Shown here piece by piece: positions 1 to 14,500 of a stretch of 64,000 nt of DNA; position 1 is the first letter of the stretch; every line of letters starts with the position of its first letter. The DNA is from Marsupella aquatica. Its lineage: Eukaryota > Plantae > Marchantiophyta. Location of the stretch: NCBI GenBank assembly GCA_973895155.1, contig OZ316898.1, positions 1,835,927 to 1,899,926 on the forward strand, in the 5' to 3' direction. The notes beneath the pieces were generated by a model. It was given only the letters and a program-made list of their open reading frames with translations. It did not search any database and was not told where the DNA came from. The position numbers and the translations under genes are program-made.

Positions 1-1896
1 ATACTGAGTGATCAGGGATACCATGACCACGATTCCAGAGAAATGCACCTCCAAAGGTGAAGTCAGTGCGAGGCTACAAGCTTTGTGAGAAAGATGCACA
101 ATGCCTGGTAGGCATGGTCATCGAGCACCAGAGGATTGGAAGCGACTCGCTGTAGCCATCTGTATTCCAAATGCAGTTGATCCAAGCCAAACAACCGACA
201 CAATCCAGTTTCACCAATATACTGTTTATTGCAAAGAATCTGAAATCGTTGCGTTGGGCTAGCATCGACCGACTACAAAGAAATAGAAATGGAGCTACCT
301 CAACATGCTCCATTCATTCATGTAGTGTAAGGAAAGAAGCAATAACTTACAGCGGGAGACGACACAGATCCATCAAAGATCAAACGAGCTGCGGGAAAGT
401 AATTGCACATAGAAACCGGTTCACAGAGCGGTGACCTCTAGAGCTTACAAATACATGCTTTCGAGTCCCTAACCATAGATTACCAAAATGGAACCCCCTA
501 AAGCAACCAAGTCACATTGTAGTAATGCCTCCTTGAAAAGTTTAGCAGCAACAACATCCTGTGTCCACCCGAGAGTAAACTGACTCAAAACGACTTACCT
601 CATTCAAGAATAAAAATTCGACCAACATCACATTTTAAGAAGACTTAAGAGCTGAACCCTTGTAAACAGGGAGTCAAACTTGGACCATTTACAAGATCGT
701 CGTAACCTTTACAATAATGTCTGAGCAAGTCAGTAATTGCTCCAGCTGAAATCTGCTCAGGCATTGATAGCACCCTAAATCTTCATATTGGAACCAACAT
801 GCTATTTACGAGGGAAAATTCCAATGACTTAGCTATTTGCAGGCAAGGTTGGGCGTACCTCCTGAGATAAAATGAGGAGATGGACCGCAGTGCAAGCTCC
901 AGGCTAAATACAAGAACGCTCCTCTCATACCTGCGATAAATTGTCAAATCCCATCAAAATCCGGACCTCAGGTCGCACCAGGTAACACAAATGCTGACAA
1001 GAGCCAGAATGACAGCGACTATGATGGCAAATCAAAACCATTCGCAAAGACAACCTCCATAACAGTCACTCCATCCCCTAGACTAGTCTGCATCCCTGCG
1101 TTAGTACAGGAGAAAGCATGAAGCTATTCGTCAACACCCGAGGGTCCAAAGACCACAAGGTAACTTTGAAGAAAGTCATTGACCACATCCAAAATTGAAG
1201 GGGAAAACTTGCACTTGTTGTCAACTTTTCCCCTGCGGAAGGGCTGTCCATAATTTAGCAAGCGTCAGCCATATCTTCATTCCCCATCACGAGTAGATCA
1301 ACATTTCAAAACATTCAACATCTCAAGACCCCACACATGTACTCCGGAAGACAAGGTAGATTGCGCAGGCGCTGAATTCAATATCACCAAAGATAGACGA
1401 CGGTGCTCGGAGTCCAACCCTCAAAGCCTCCACCCAAACCAGCGGGCGTAGGAGCTCTGATTATCATCGTGAAAGTACTACATTTCTGCTAGTACATGGT
1501 TTTGCTAATCGAACAACTTTCTGAAGATCATGGGAGACGTGGTGAGGGGGGTTGATTGCGAAACTAACTTGGCCTAAGGGGAAGAGAAGGGAATAAGCGT
1601 GGGGGAGAGAGAGAGAGTGATAAGCCCTCAAGCAAGTCTGAGAGCAACAAAAAAAATCAAATCCCTGATGACAGACACCAGCAAACAAGGACCACAATGC
1701 CAGAATTGCACATAATCAAATTCACTGCAGATTGTTCATAAACATGTAGCCAAGGTTCATGGATATTGCACATATGAGACAACTACCGGTGATTCCATTC
1801 TAATAATCTTTTGAACATTTTAATTGGCAATGCCATTTACAATCTCAACAGCTGGCCGGAAATTTTTACAATTACCCAAAATTGATCCACTACAGA

Positions 1897-4800
1897 TCAC
1901 AACCTAGCAGACCTCCGAGTCGCTGCTTTAGCTACATCTTTGGCCTCCTGCCGAGTGGCTGGCGTCTTCTCTTGACTAGGTGTAGCCTCACTATTTCTTA
2001 GTGATTTACGAGGTAACACCAACTCCGTCGACTGGCTCTCACTGTTCTTAACATCTGAAGTACGAGGCGACTTTGTACGGCTTGGTGCACTCCTTTTTAA
2101 TGGCTCTTTGACTGGGGAGACCGCATCTTGAGCAAAAGACCGTGCCCGCGTACTAACTGGAGTTGGTGCTTGGGTTGGTGTCGATACCTCAGTGGGCCCC
2201 TCTTTCCTCTTCGGTGGAATCTTTTGCCTTGGTGAGCTTCGGGTTGTGATCGCTGGAGACACAAGAGTGCCGCTTTGAGGGTCAGTGGGTTTGGCTCTCG
2301 TTGATGCCCTTGCATTCTCTGTTGCTTCATCAGAAACCTTCCCAGCTGGAATTGATTTGCCACGTCCTGATTTTCGGGCTTGAACTTTGGGGCTTTCCGA
2401 AACCTTCAGCTTCTTGGCCTGGTGACCATCATCCTACATCACATGATAGAAGCATATATTACGAACTTGACTATCCCAACAAGGAAATCCCTCAGTTCAA
2501 CTATTCTCCAAATTCGATGGCTACTGGCGCAAGTAAACTCAAACGTCTCCCTCAGAAGCGTTCATTGCATTTGTCGATTTAGTTAACCTAAATCGGATGA
2601 GAACTTGAATCTTCTTACCAGTGTTTCATGTCCCGGACTACCACGAGTCGATTGCTCCCACCTTCCATCCTTCCACATAAATGATGGCCGTAAATTCCAA
2701 GATTTCACAGTTGACGTGTCTCCCTCACCTGGCCACAGTTAAAATACCAAGTAAGAGTCGATAGTTCGACCAAATACCACGACCCACAGATCGTGAAAGT
2801 AATTCGGTGTCTCACAGGGACGGAAATTTGAGTTTCAGAACCAAAATCGTCAATCCTATCAATAACTAAGAGTAAGTCTAGATTGAGCGTGAACTACCAC
2901 AAGTTCATCCCATGGACTATCAGATTAACCTCAGTCAGTACACCCAGCCAGTGCACTGCTTACCAAGACAAACACTTGGCAATCAGAGGGTCTCATGAAT
3001 GTCTACATTTCAGGCTTTTCGGAGGACAACTTTGTTCTTGACAGAAGAAATTTTCATATAACACACGAACCTGGGAAGTGGACGGTGATCTTGCTTTCAT
3101 CATCCTCATCTATAACTTTAACAATCCCTTCCCACCATCTGAAGACACCCCAAAAGAGTTAATCAGACAGTTATTAACAACGACACAGGGACCCAAAAGC
3201 ATCTCAATATTGATTTTAATCTCAGCATATAGCACAGCTCTAGATATATTATCATACAAGAACGAGGGAACCATGAAAGGAAGATGTCGTCCTACACAAG
3301 CACAGAGCATGTGATATAGAAACTCTGTGAATAAGCACAAATAGATTCATAGCTACAAAATTTTAGAAAACTCTCCACTTGTGGCACATCCCCATTTCGA
3401 GACCAAGTACATATAAAGACGTCAAACACAAACAACGCGAGTGACAGTCCGTGGATGGAAAGTAGCACCGGAAGAAAGATGGACCAACGAGAACCAATCA
3501 GAGGCCACGGTTACTCACAAAGCTGGGCTTCTTAATCTTCATGGACAGAACATACATTGAAGGCTTGACACGGAGTGACACACTGGATTCAGGCCATTAC
3601 ATCAAAATAGCTTTCCCGCCCTTTGAACAGACTCCTGGTCGTAGAACTCAACATATCTAGGCTATAGAGAAAGCCCAAAGAATATTAAACTCTACAAAGA
3701 AAGCAAACACCTTAGAAATATGTGTAGAAGTCTTACCCATCGTGGACAAATGCATCAACACGATCTCCTACAGCCACGACCTTCTGACCGGTTGCAGTCC
3801 TCCTTCTCTTTCGTCTACCTTCCTCTCTAGCAATGTTGTTCGGAGATATCAACCGAATCCGTGGTCGACAAGGTTCAGTGCCCCCCAATGGACCCTCAAG
3901 AGGAAACCATTCTTTTAGTTGAGTCGTGCCTGCTAGGATGGAAGCACAAATACGAGAGTTACAAGAAGACCTCTTATGCGACTTGTGATTGGAATGAGTC
4001 ATCAACAATGAAGACGAAACACTCATACCAACCAGCCTTTCAACAAAAGAGAAATTTTTGGCCAGCAATTAGAGACCTGAATAACGCTCATTGGGAAATG
4101 TCAAATCTATTGCAAAACCAAAAACAGTTGGAAAGCACGCGCTTACACCAAAGATGACTTCGAGCTGTGAGTGCAAGCAATAGGCCACGACTTACCATCA
4201 TCGGTCAAAATCTCATCATATTGCACAAAAGCTTCCCCTGGCTTCAATTGGAGCACTTTAGCAGAAAACCAACCCCCTCGTAAACCTTCTTCGTCATTCA
4301 TAACCTGGGAACAACGAGATCAAAATGTCTGGTACTCACAAACCAGAAAACAAACAAACTAATAGATCACAAAGTCCTAGAGCAGTCACAGAAACCAGCT
4401 CGCCATTGAGATAGTAAAATTCCAGCTGGCAATGAGGAGGCCTTGGAGGTTTCATGACAGCCAGAATGAATCTTCTGAAGTCTTAGATCTCATGATCTTG
4501 CCACGATCGAAATCCATCAAAGTCATGCAAGCAATCTCATAAACAAAAATATTCTCTACAAAAGTACATTCACAAAAACACTGGAGTGAAATAAAAGACT
4601 TCGGAGCAACTTCAGACATCCCTTTTGGGAGAGGAGAACTAACCTCGACTAAAGATCCCTCAACAATATGTTTCTGCTCAATAATTTCTGGACCCTCAGT
4701 TGATGGAGATGACATAACCTGGTCCAACTGCTTCGGCGTCGATTTTTCACCAGATTTGACCTGCACATCATTACCCTTTTGTACCGGTCTGTTGCTGGCG

Positions 4801-7800
4801 TTCAACTCTTGCAGCTCTTTACCCCTTCTTCGGGCTCCCTTTTTCATAGATCCCTTTATATTCTTGAGTGGCTCCGTCTCGGTTATCTTGATGGCTTCAG
4901 GACTTTTGACGGTTGCATTCTCCTTCCTGGGTCTGCCCCTTCTATCAATTTTGTTCAAGTCCAACTTTGACACCGGAGACAGTGGACTTGTCAAAGAAAC
5001 ACCAGAATTTCCTTTCGCAAGGGCTGCCCCCGCCTGGGAAGCAGCTTCTGCCATTAACCTGGCAGCTCTCAGCACTGCGTCAGTGGTTTGCGGTGTTGTT
5101 TTCATGGAAGGTGTAGCACCTGTGGCCCTCTTTCTGGCCTCTTCTTTAGCAGCTGCAATAGCTGACCGCCTTCCACCTAATCCTCCATCTTTGTCGCCCT
5201 GACCATTCCCTATACCAACCTTCCCCAAGCCTGTGTCGATGCCATCAGACACCATCATCGCGGCCTGGAGAGCTGCTTCATATGCTACCTTGGCAGCCTC
5301 AGCAGCAGCTTTGGCAACTGCCGCAGCCGCATGAACAGCGGCTGCAGCAGACGCTAATTTCGGCGTGGTCGTGACAGAATTACCACGTTGTACCTGCTCC
5401 GCAGCTGAGTTTGCAGCTGACACGGCCTCTTCAAAACTAGCTTTAGCTTGCTCCAACCAATTTTGCGTTTCCGCGTGGAGATTGGACCTACCTCGGGCTT
5501 CCCTTTTCTTTCCTGTACTGATGTTAGCAGGCGAACCTCCCTGTATAATGACTGCTGCTTCAGAGCTTTCGTAGACCAGGCGCGATGGAACTGGAGCACT
5601 TGGTAAGGTCGCCGGCGTTGCAGTCGTGGCAGCAGAAGCATTTTTGGCCCGCGATCGGCGGGGTGTGGTTGCCACTTTTGGAGCCGGGGTTTTTCTCTCC
5701 CTACCCTTTCTTTTCCGGGATCCTTGTTCGGGAACTTCTGCATTTCCTGGGAGAGTTGAAGAGCCATCTGGTACAATCCCTCCAGTAACGGACGGTTTGT
5801 TACCCGTAGCTGCCTGACCAGCATTGGCAGCCTGGAGGGGGGTCTGCCAAGCGACAGAACCAGGCCCAGGGGGTATTGGAGATGAATGGGGTTTCAGCCA
5901 AGGATCCAAAGATGGGGACCTCGTTACCTGTGCCTCTATACTAGAATCCTTCAAAAGGGAACTGTCAGCAGCATTTACGGCTGTAGCAACAATGTTATCC
6001 ACCACAGCGTCCAGGTTCAGTCCTAATCCAGATGGAACACCACTCACCTCTGCTGTATGTTCATCCAGACCAGCCACCGAAAGGTCGGCAGGCCCCACTG
6101 CTAGTGGCATAGCTGCCGAAACTAGTTCTCGGGTAGGATCTTCCGCAACCCTAATCGGGGAAGCTGACGGAGTACCTGGCTCCAAATTATCTGCGACAGC
6201 ATTCACCACTTCTCCTTCAGTCATAACGACGTCACCTTTATTGTTTATTCTGTCTTCCTCCGCTAGCCTTTCCGCTTCCCGTCTCTCGGCTTCCTTTTCG
6301 ACTGCCAATTGCCATATTCCTTCCCAGTTCCACCCGCTGGTGCTCCTGTCCGACTCTTGCAAAGTGCCTGCAATATCGAATCATGCCCACGCAAATCAGC
6401 AAACACCTACAACATTAATCACGTGTCCTTCGAGTGGACTGATGCCATGATGTGTTCAGTAATTATATATCGTACACTGCCTTGCTAGAGACTGGTGGAT
6501 GTAGTGTCCTCATAACCAATGGCGAGATAGCCGGACGTTAGCTTGGGAGAACTCGTCTCACGGAGCAAAGTACAGGGATAAAGTAAGCCATGGGATATTT
6601 AACAAGAAGAACAGCGCGAACAAGCGTATGACAGCTCGTGTAGTATACTGGATTCCCGACTGAAAACAGGTTGACATTACAAGGGAATATTCATTTGAGA
6701 ATACGTAAGGTAAAGGTCCACCAACTGAGACGGACATGCAACTGCACAACACCCTGGGCATCAAAACCCACACCGTCATATTTTATAAACGGGAAATGGA
6801 AAATCCTCGACCGACCTCACGAGTAGTCCCATAATCGGAAGGAAGGATACAGTTACACCAACGCATTGGTCGACAAGGTAGCGAATAGGACAGAGAGCTG
6901 CACATCACAGAGCTACACATCACAGTTTTCGGGGGACAAGAGGCTACCGCTGGAGCACCACCATCGCCAGGATATATAGATATGAGCCGGAATCGTGCCC
7001 GTGAGAACGCGAAGGAAATCTTGAACTTCACTGTATCATTGAAATGCAGTGTCCTATGGTGTTCAATCAACGCACTCCGCAAAAGTAAGCGATCAATACT
7101 GGTGCGGACTACTCACGATGGCGGAATGTAGGATTCCTGGCCAACCTAAACCTTCGAACTAATAATACAAAGATGTGATGAAACTCGAAACGTCGAAGGA
7201 GGAGGCCATCAAATTCACTTACGTCAGACATGAAGAGGAAAACAGAGTTCCAACAAAAAGGCCTTACATTCAAATCTGAGCCATGCTAGCTCACACCGTC
7301 CAGTAAAAAGTGCTCTGGGTACGTATCATTCTACAGCTTTTGAGATATGCAATAGTTCCATCAACTCTTACTAGGCCAGATTGCAGTCTAAGACTCGGCC
7401 GAGACTACTAAGTACGAAGGCGTAAGGGCGACATAGGGTTTCTTGCTTACCAGGCAGATGTTAAATGTCAATCTTTCGAGGGGTAAAAGAAGAATCGGAG
7501 GAAGGTCGGTATTGACTATGCCATGGCAAAAAGGGAGGGAGAGAGCGAGGTCGGTCCCTCAGTACACATCCACCCAGAAGGACGCGTGTCGTTGCCTTCT
7601 GCGTACGTACCGTCGGTCCGCCGCCAAAGGATAGACGAATACAGTCGGGTCAATACAACGCTAAGGGGGCTCCAGTGAATCTCCTACGCTATGCAAATAG
7701 TGCTAAGATTGTGACAGGTCAGATTGGATGTCCCACCGCGTAGGCTCATTTCACTAATAGGACGTATTATGTAACATTTAACGATTAAAATAAAGAAAAC

Positions 7801-10800
7801 ATTCATGAAAATAACCTTCAAAAACCTGCCTCTAACACATGGATAATTTTATCATAGGCATAGACGGGTTAATTAATTCCTGCCTTCCGTCCAGTTAACC
7901 CTAAGGAATGAACCATGAGAGAAAGGGGTTCAGAACAAAGGCACCAATCTAACTACAGTACAACCGCGTTGAGGGCCCAACAGAGTGCGTCTTCATGCCA
8001 TCCATTGCTAACTCTCAAAGCATTCAGGCGTGCAAACGCCAATGAGCGGATTTTTACTTTTCTGGAGACTTCTCACGGTCGGGCATGAGAAACACTAGAC
8101 CCAAGGTACATTAACATCAAGTCTGTATATGTATCGAATTGGAAGACCTCCTCTAAACCAACGATTATTGCACCCTCGAACCCACAGGCAATGAGACCGG
8201 CAAAGATTGGAAGCACCCACTTCGTTGCGAGGAGCCCTAGCTTCCCTTCCATTATTGGGGTCGTAGCCAACCCACTACCGGCTTTAAAACCACCCTAGCG
8301 TATGCCCTCTGATCCCAATTGCCGCAAGTCGTCGTACCCAGACAGTTGATAGAATTGCAATGTTGGAACCCATAAAATGGATGTCTCCAAGAGTCGACTT
8401 GGAGAGGGCAGGAAGTCCAGAACGGACTCGCGGCGCTCTTATTGGAGAAACATTTGTCGTCAGGACCAGTAGGCCCCGTTATTCCTACTCGAAGTGAACA
8501 AGAAATAAGAAATATCCTCAGTAGAAAAAGGAGGGAAGAATAAGCTAAAATCCGTTCACGCGCGAATCCTAAGTCAACTACTGTAGCTTGTCACATGAAA
8601 ATTGATCAGGAAATACGTCAGGAAATGTCAGATCACACACGGTTCAAAACAGGCAATTTGAAGGCACCTAAAGAATCCTCTCAAATCAGATGCGAGACTG
8701 AGAGAGCGTCATCCTATATTCAAACAAGAGAGATTTCGCACTGGAGAAAGGCGGAAAATTTAAGCGCAGACAACAGGACGGGCCTGGACATCACTTGGAG
8801 CTGCGAAAGGTGGCTGGTTGGCAGGTCGACAGAGTGGAGAAAAAGAGACAGCTATGTTCTATTCCAGAAGTTAGATTGACCAAAATTCAATGCTGGATGC
8901 TTCATTTCGGTAAACTACCTTGGTCGGATCAAATGTCACAGAAGACTTCATGAAAGTGCTGTGCGCGCATAAACGCGGTACGGGTAGCTTCATTGCCAAA
9001 GATTAGCGAAAAGAGATTTTTGACTTGGTTTTTAAAGCCGGCAACTCAGGAACACCTTACAGGTCCACCAAATCGCTTTTGTCCACTAGGAGAGCATGAA
9101 CCCTCTGCACGACCATCTGCACGACTCACTTACTTTCCTACTCTACAGTCTCAACAGTTGATCAGGATCAATGTTTGCTGGGCACTAGAGGTCGAAGGCC
9201 GAACGAAACGGAACTAGAATAACAAATCAAAAAGCAATTTCGGCTGCCGAACGAACTGTGAGGTGCAAAATATACATGACAGGCAGAGTGGGGTGAACAA
9301 CTTCACCTCATCGCTCAATCGGGCTTAAAATTCTACCATAGATCTCTAAGTAGAATCTAGGAGTGATCCTTTCCACGGACTTACAGTGTCCGTAATAGTA
9401 TTTTCACTCGTTTCCGTACACCAAAATGGCGGGGACAAAAGCGATAAGAGTTTGGAAGCGGATTGCGGGAACCTCAGATGTGGGAGAAACCCTTTCTAAC
9501 TGATACACACACTGCCCGGCTCGAGCAATCTTCAAGGGCCCATGTAGAAATGTAGAAAGAAGCAACAAGTCTTCAAACCCAAACTCAACGACGCTAACTT
9601 TAAGCCTAAGAACCACAAGACAACGCTCCTAGAGCTAGCCTTCAAGTGAGATGTTCGTGTATATTGTTTCAACCCGTGAGTACCTTGTCCTCTTCCTTCT
9701 TGTTGCCTACGAGAATAGATGAAGACATTTGCGATCGGAGAACAAGCAAACCTTGACATTGTTTCCTCATAAGTTTAGAAAGGAGGACACTCGATCAATC
9801 AAGAGCAAAGCCTATAAACTGCGGAGCTGCGAGGTCATTAAAATGAGCAGATGTCCGTCCCAACTATAAAATCTTCTACTCATGCCCATAGTTGCAAGGA
9901 ACAATGTCATATAACATTCAGACCAAATGCGAAGGGAAAAAGGTTCTCGAGCTGACCTTCGTTCTCATCGGAAAAAGCGGAAGACATCAGGGACTCGTCC
10001 GGCAAAACTCCTTTGCTGTCCACAGGCACAAAGATGTAAATAGGCGGCCACACATCTGTGGGATTCATGCGCTGGTCGAGAATCACCGCGACGGCATCGT
10101 AAGACAATGCAGGAACATTGAACACAATAGATCATCTTAGCTCGTAAAAGAGTCCAGAAGAAGCGTAAGCAAGGGCAATTAAATATTCACTCACATGAGA
10201 TCCCCATAGACCAGAATTTGTGCTCGCAGTTGGAGTTGCTGCATGCTGCTGAAGCTTGAATGTTCTGATGCACGATCACAGACGGAAAATTTTCTCTCAG
10301 GTCCTTTTAATTATTACCCGAGGATATTGCGAAACTAGACACCGGAAAGCAGTTTTGGTGGGCTAGGGCCGTCCTTGGCCTCCGCAACTCTCAACAAACC
10401 ATTTTGCCAAGATAAAGGCAACATCATTCACTGATTCCCAAGCTGTAAATTCTAAATACTAGGCTGAACCCACCCGACACGACAGTCTTTGACTTCCATC
10501 GCTCTCAATTTCAAAAATTATTTCTAACCATGAAAAACATTTGCCCGCGGCCCATCTTCAATTTGTCACATGCTGTGGAACGTCATAGGTCGGGGGAGCG
10601 GTCAGGCACCAGAGAGCTACCAATTTTCGAACCCATTTAAGAGCGCAGACATGTTCGAAGATCGAGTCTGACCAAAGTCCCTCTTAACACCAAATTTTCC
10701 CCATGACCTCTCAGGCCAGAACATTTGACGGGTACAAGGTTAGGTATGTAGAGAGACTGGCACTAGAACTTCTAATTCCCCTGCCTACACCTCTAGTCCT

Positions 10801-11528
10801 ACAACCACTTGAAGAGCTTCAACTTCTTTCTTAGGGAAGTAAGGAAAGCCTCGGACCAGAAGGGGGACTGAGCCGTGTGTTCGATAGCCAGAACGCAAAC
10901 TACTGTAAGCGTTCTTTGAATAGGTGTTCTTGACATTTGACATCAGCCAATATTGTAACATTTCAGTGTGAGATTCCGTGAGTCAGTCCCCCTGTTTGGT
11001 TAGCCAACATAGTAATATTGCAGTGAGAGCTTCCCTGAGTCAGTCCCCCTGTTTTGATGGCCGTAAATAAGGCAAGAACGAGACCAGTTCTTCGAGGCCT
11101 CTTAGCATCTACAGAGTGAGAAAAGGAAGTAACGAGTGGCACCAAGACTCACCTCCACCTCGCTCAGCATCTTCGGGCATGTATCCAGGCGATTGATCAC
11201 CGAGAGCCCTTTCCTCAAGTGCGGCTTCCTCCGAACCCCTTTCTTGAAGGTCTTCTTCCGAATAATCATTTCCAACACCCGCACGAGTATCCTCAGTGTG
11301 ACCGTGCACCGCGGGACCGTCATACGAACAAAAAACCCTCATCGCCTCCGAAGCCATATCGGACCCGTCTGCTCCTACTGTGTGCGTCTGATGATGTACA
11401 ACAATCTCCTCGCGTATGTGAGTTTCCATGTTGACATGTTCCCGAGCTCCACGATCAATATTATCTTGGTAACTTCGATTCCCTTCGCCAACCCTATCGC
11501 CCACCGCGACATCTTCTGCTTGCTCCAT
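1897..11528 (-). CDS. Agenet/Tudor-domain chromatin protein (G2484-1 / SWOLLEN1-like), 9 coding exons, ~1081 aa
   Basis: Exons 11528-11153, 10264-10195, 10015-9957, 6367-4644, 4304-4196, 3929-3737, 3138-3071, 2728-2619, 2433-1897, all GT-AG and in frame (3246 nt). Family motifs: QQLQLRAQILVYGDLIKGVLPDESLM, VEGSLVEVMNDEEGLRGGWFSAKVL, LKEWFPL..PRIR..EGRRKRRR..VGDRVDAFVHDGWWEGIV..VHFPGEG..NLRPSFMWKDGRW. The start codon is uncertain because upstream exons are possible. Confidence 0.85.
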
Positions 11529-14500
11529 TCCTGCCTGATAACGTAGGTGCGAAAAAGAGCCGGAAGAGTTCTGTCCGAGACCCCCTCTAAAAGTTGCACT
11601 GTTCAGATACGCCAAACAATACACGGCAACGTCACTAAATGAGTAAATTGGCAGGCCTACTCAAGAGACGAGCATGGACAGAGTAGAGAGGCTGATTATC
11701 ATAAGCGCACAGGCATTGATAAGCAGAAACAGAAACGCAAACTACATAGGCACCGGCAAAATTCCGAGCTCGTCGTGGAGGGCTCGTTCGATAGGTCGAA
11801 CCCTGTACACGTGAAATGTCATTCGGGACGAATATAAACCCTCGGCAAGGCTGACCAAGGCGGTGGGCAAGGACGTAATTTTTGCAGAGGCCACTCCAAA
11901 AGAGAAAGCCAGAGCCTTAAAGTGGTAAAACATGAGGGGATATACATCCAGGCTTCCGCAATGTACGACAAACGACGAGAACTTTTTTCTGATTGAGCGG
12001 AACTTCTCCCCAGTAAACAGAGGGTACAGTCAACGAAAGGCCAGCAAAAGTCGAAAGAGAAGTGCGCACGCGACATTTCAGTGTCTCCAAACCATAGGAA
12101 AATTCCAATGCCATGACAGAACATGAGGTCGACAGCTGCCTGAGGTGGGAGAGAAATGCGAGCGGCATGGAAAAAGCCTCCAACGGTAGAGAGAAAAAAA
12201 CGAACAGAAACAAGTGTTCGGTCTGCAATTAATTCTTAGGGTTTCAGGTGACCACTTGTCTTTGAATAGTGCTTGAAACACTTTTTACGATTTCCAAATC
12301 TGCTTCCACTTACTCGGCTTTAATGCCTTAGAGCTTTGCTGGACGGGACATACTCAATTGCCAACAAGAAAAAGCCCTTCCGTTGCAGCACTCCTGCAAG
12401 TAGACCTAGCTTACTGATTGACCATCGCCAAAGAGCGGAGGTTCGTTTTACTTACCTCACAGGCGGCATGTGGTCAGAATGCGAGTTCACTTTATCGTCG
12501 TTGTCGTCATCACCTTCATACTGAACAAGCTGATGACCGGCGCTTGTAACGGCATCATTTCTGCGCTCAGACCCCGCCATTTCTACACAGAAATGGCCTC
12601 CCGAGTGACTGCAGTATCCAGGACTCTGGAATGCCCCTTGCCTTCCGCGCCAAGAGTTGGGAAAAAAAAACCACGAGTGTTCCGACCGATAAATAAAATA
12701 CTACCGAAAATTCGCCTGTACACTACGCCTTCCTCCCAGCAATAAACACCACTGAAGCTCCACAACCTCCAGCGAACTCTACTCCCGCATCAAATTATCA
12801 CCACCACAACGGTCCCGCACCCGTCAATGAAGGAGACCTCCCCTCCGCTTACGAGTCCTGTCTCTTTCCATTGTGCTCTTTCCACAACCAATCCTGCAAC
12901 ACTTCCACTTCCTCTTTCCGCGACTGTCGTAGCCCCGCAAATTTTCCTTCGTGGCCTGTGCTCCTACCGGATTGTTTCGCCAGCTTCGTCTTCGATCCAG
13001 CAGTCGAAGTGCCACCACCCTCGAGTCATTGCTCCACGTCCGCCGCAGCAGCTACGACAATCACCACCTCCATCTCCCCCTCTCTCATCACTCCGTCGCG
13101 CCGGGCTCCAAATGTGACGTCGCGTCGGGGCTCGCTCAAGAAAATGCCCGCCATCGCTTTGCGGAGCATTCTTCGTCCTCCTGTCTACGCGCACTCAATG
13201 CCACAACACCGTCGACGGCGCACCGTGCCAGATTCGTACGCCGTCACAGGATCAACGCCTCACCGTCGACTTGGGGTCCCTGTACCTACTACCGTCGTCG
13301 CCCTCTCCCCGCCCCCCGCCCCCCGCCTTTCTCACATATGCACCATCGCGCCATTTAAAAAAAAGTGGGAGAGGAGTAAATCGCTGTTTAAAATGGTCGT
13401 GATGGGTAATTAACAGTTACAATTTGAATGTTACAGCGACGCTCGTCTCCAGCACTAGCGCACCCACGCCATCCACTTGCAGTCATACATCCATGCATAC
13501 ATACATACATCATCAGCATCCCCACATCCATCCATACGTGACACAAGGATCACCCAAACTTAAATAATATCGTTTATATTTACTAATAAAGTGTACGAGG
13601 TTTGGACGATACAAAACGTACAGAAAAGGTTCACTCAATAATGATGGAGAACAATGAACAAATCTGGATCTTCAAATTTGGAAAACTCCATTTGTTCACT
13701 TCAATCAACAGTCAAGAGTGCAAACAGAGTTCTCTCTTGCCAGTCAATTGCGCGGCGCTCAAGGCTGTTTGGTGCCAAAGAATAGTCATTTCATCTCATT
13801 AAAAATGAAGCATACATTCTAGATCAGTCAAAAGTGACATCTAAGCCATTTTTTCATTGATTTAATCTCATTAAAAATGAACCATACATATAGGGTCTGC
13901 AACAGATAGATAACGTTACAAGGTCTACATCATATGTATTTTGCATGTGGAGTAACTCTTTTTGAGCTGACAACTAGAAATATGAGACGACCTTATTAAC
14001 TAACAGCTAGAAATGTGAGGTAACCCTTAATTAATGGGATAAAAAGCCTTCTGAATATATGGTCTCCCCACTAAGCGAATTGATCATGAATAAGGTCGAC
14101 TTTGTATCCTATTAAGGGATACAGCAGGTCCGTATCGGCATATGGAATCCCAAAAACCTCTTTGTCCACATACGACCTTCAGTATAATTATGCCATCTAT
14201 GATCTATCCATCCACGATAGCGAACCTGCCGTGTTGACAAGTCTACCTAATTTGGCACCCCATCCGATGCCCATCCATCTGACTCATCATCCCATGCGAT
14301 CTAGCCCCATCGATCCATGACAGTCATGCCCTCAAACTTTACACTGCTCCTTTTCCTACGCCAATGTTACTTCTGATTTATTCTCTTCCCTCTCGAATCT
14401 GGACGGTCAAGATGGCTTCCGCGCCATATTGTAGAAATCATCGACAGTCCTGTTTGAAGATTTTGAAATTTACCGGTTCACTATAAGCGGAAAACTGAAC

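Noticed and set aside
4756-6450. Plus-strand ORFs of 148 and 208 aa
   Set aside because: Antisense shadows of the large Agenet exon.
10860-11055. TGAGTCAGTCCCCCTGTTT x2 plus a partial inverted copy in Agenet intron 1
   Set aside because: A real short duplication, but there is no evidence of function.
12780-13420. Overlapping 96-180 aa ORFs on the plus strand
   Set aside because: Low-complexity, CpG-rich S/P/R-biased sequence open in several frames with no recognisable motif; more likely promoter or TE-derived.
13570-14010. Helitron-like 5' end (TTTATATTTACTAATAAAG)
   Set aside because: No convincing 3' hairpin plus CTRR partner found.
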